In this document: positions 63,373 through 64,000 of the stretch, piece after piece
Position numbering within the stretch: the first letter of the stretch is position 1
How the letters are laid out: every line of letters starts with the position of its first letter
Assembly: GCF_000150275.1 (NCBI RefSeq)
Contig: NW_002060952.1
Span: forward strand, 2,408,866-2,472,865
Length of the DNA stretch: 64,000 nucleotides
DNA from: Trichoplax adhaerens
Lineage: Eukaryota > Animalia > Placozoa
Direction of reading: 5' to 3'
The notes under the pieces: model-generated
Told to the model about the DNA's origin: nothing
Database searches by the model: none
The model's input: only the letters and a program-made list of their open reading frames with translations
Translations under genes and position numbers: made by a program

Positions 63373-64000
63373 CTGCTTAGAAATATTCATAAAACATATT
63401 TATATCGGAGATCATTATCCATTATTATGATCAACTTGACTAATCTACGAGTACACCCTGTAGCATAATCTCACTGATATAAATTAACAGATCAATTACC
63501 GAATATTTCTTTAAAAAAATAATGACAATGACGACATAATCAATTACAGCTAAACATAGGATACAGGTGCGCTAATCGTTTTCTTCACCGTTCAATAGAA
63601 TGCACATGTCGTCTCATTTAGATAGTAGTGATACTCAAGATCACAAAATTAGCCTACAGCAATAGAATTACACCCTGTAATGTAACTAGTATTGTGATTA
63701 TAGACTATTAGCCATGTTTAGTATAATGTACGGTAGATATTTATCCTAAGAGATATTTGGTAGCCATAACTATAGACTGTAGTGGTATTGACTCTATGCT
63801 AGAGTACAGATGACTATATACAGTAAGGTGTTGAGTTACTAATAAGGCTATAGGTAAAAATAAAGCTGTAAATCATATATTAGGATATGGTTAATTCATT
63901 GTACTTTGGCTGGTGTGAATAATGTCTACGTAAGTACTATCTATAGTCGTATCCATATTGGATTAATGATGTTCCGCGGTAGAATAGTCTTACTAAGAAT

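Overview
AT-rich (roughly one-third GC), intron-containing animal genomic DNA. The short AT-rich introns, an intronless class A GPCR and a 42-aa TPR array suggest a placozoan such as Trichoplax; this is inferred, not verified. From left to right: (1) the last five exons of a probable RhoGAP (+); (2) a minus-strand tandem TIR-TIR gene preceded by symmetric phase-1 micro-exons of 12/27/36 nt within degenerate tandem repeats; (3) three-exon RNF11 (-); (4) an intronless DHHC palmitoyltransferase (-) head-to-head with a three-exon secreted DUF4787-like gene (+) that the ORF track misses; (5) SMC2 with about 24 exons (-), upstream of which lie a 136-bp tandem repeat and a duplicated CDE/CHR-like element; (6) an 1106-aa TPR-array ORF with a decayed tail; (7) a segmentally duplicated region with three aldo-keto reductase pseudogene copies, a GPCR, a CDS-less copy of the GPCR upstream region and a Gag-only Ty3/Gypsy-like remnant. 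The two strongest leads are the micro-exon/TIR-TIR gene and the AKR copy whose inactivating lesions are all coding-strand G>A. Exon structures were read by hand from GT/AG sites and frame continuity. No database searches were run. No tRNA, rRNA or CRISPR array was recognised.
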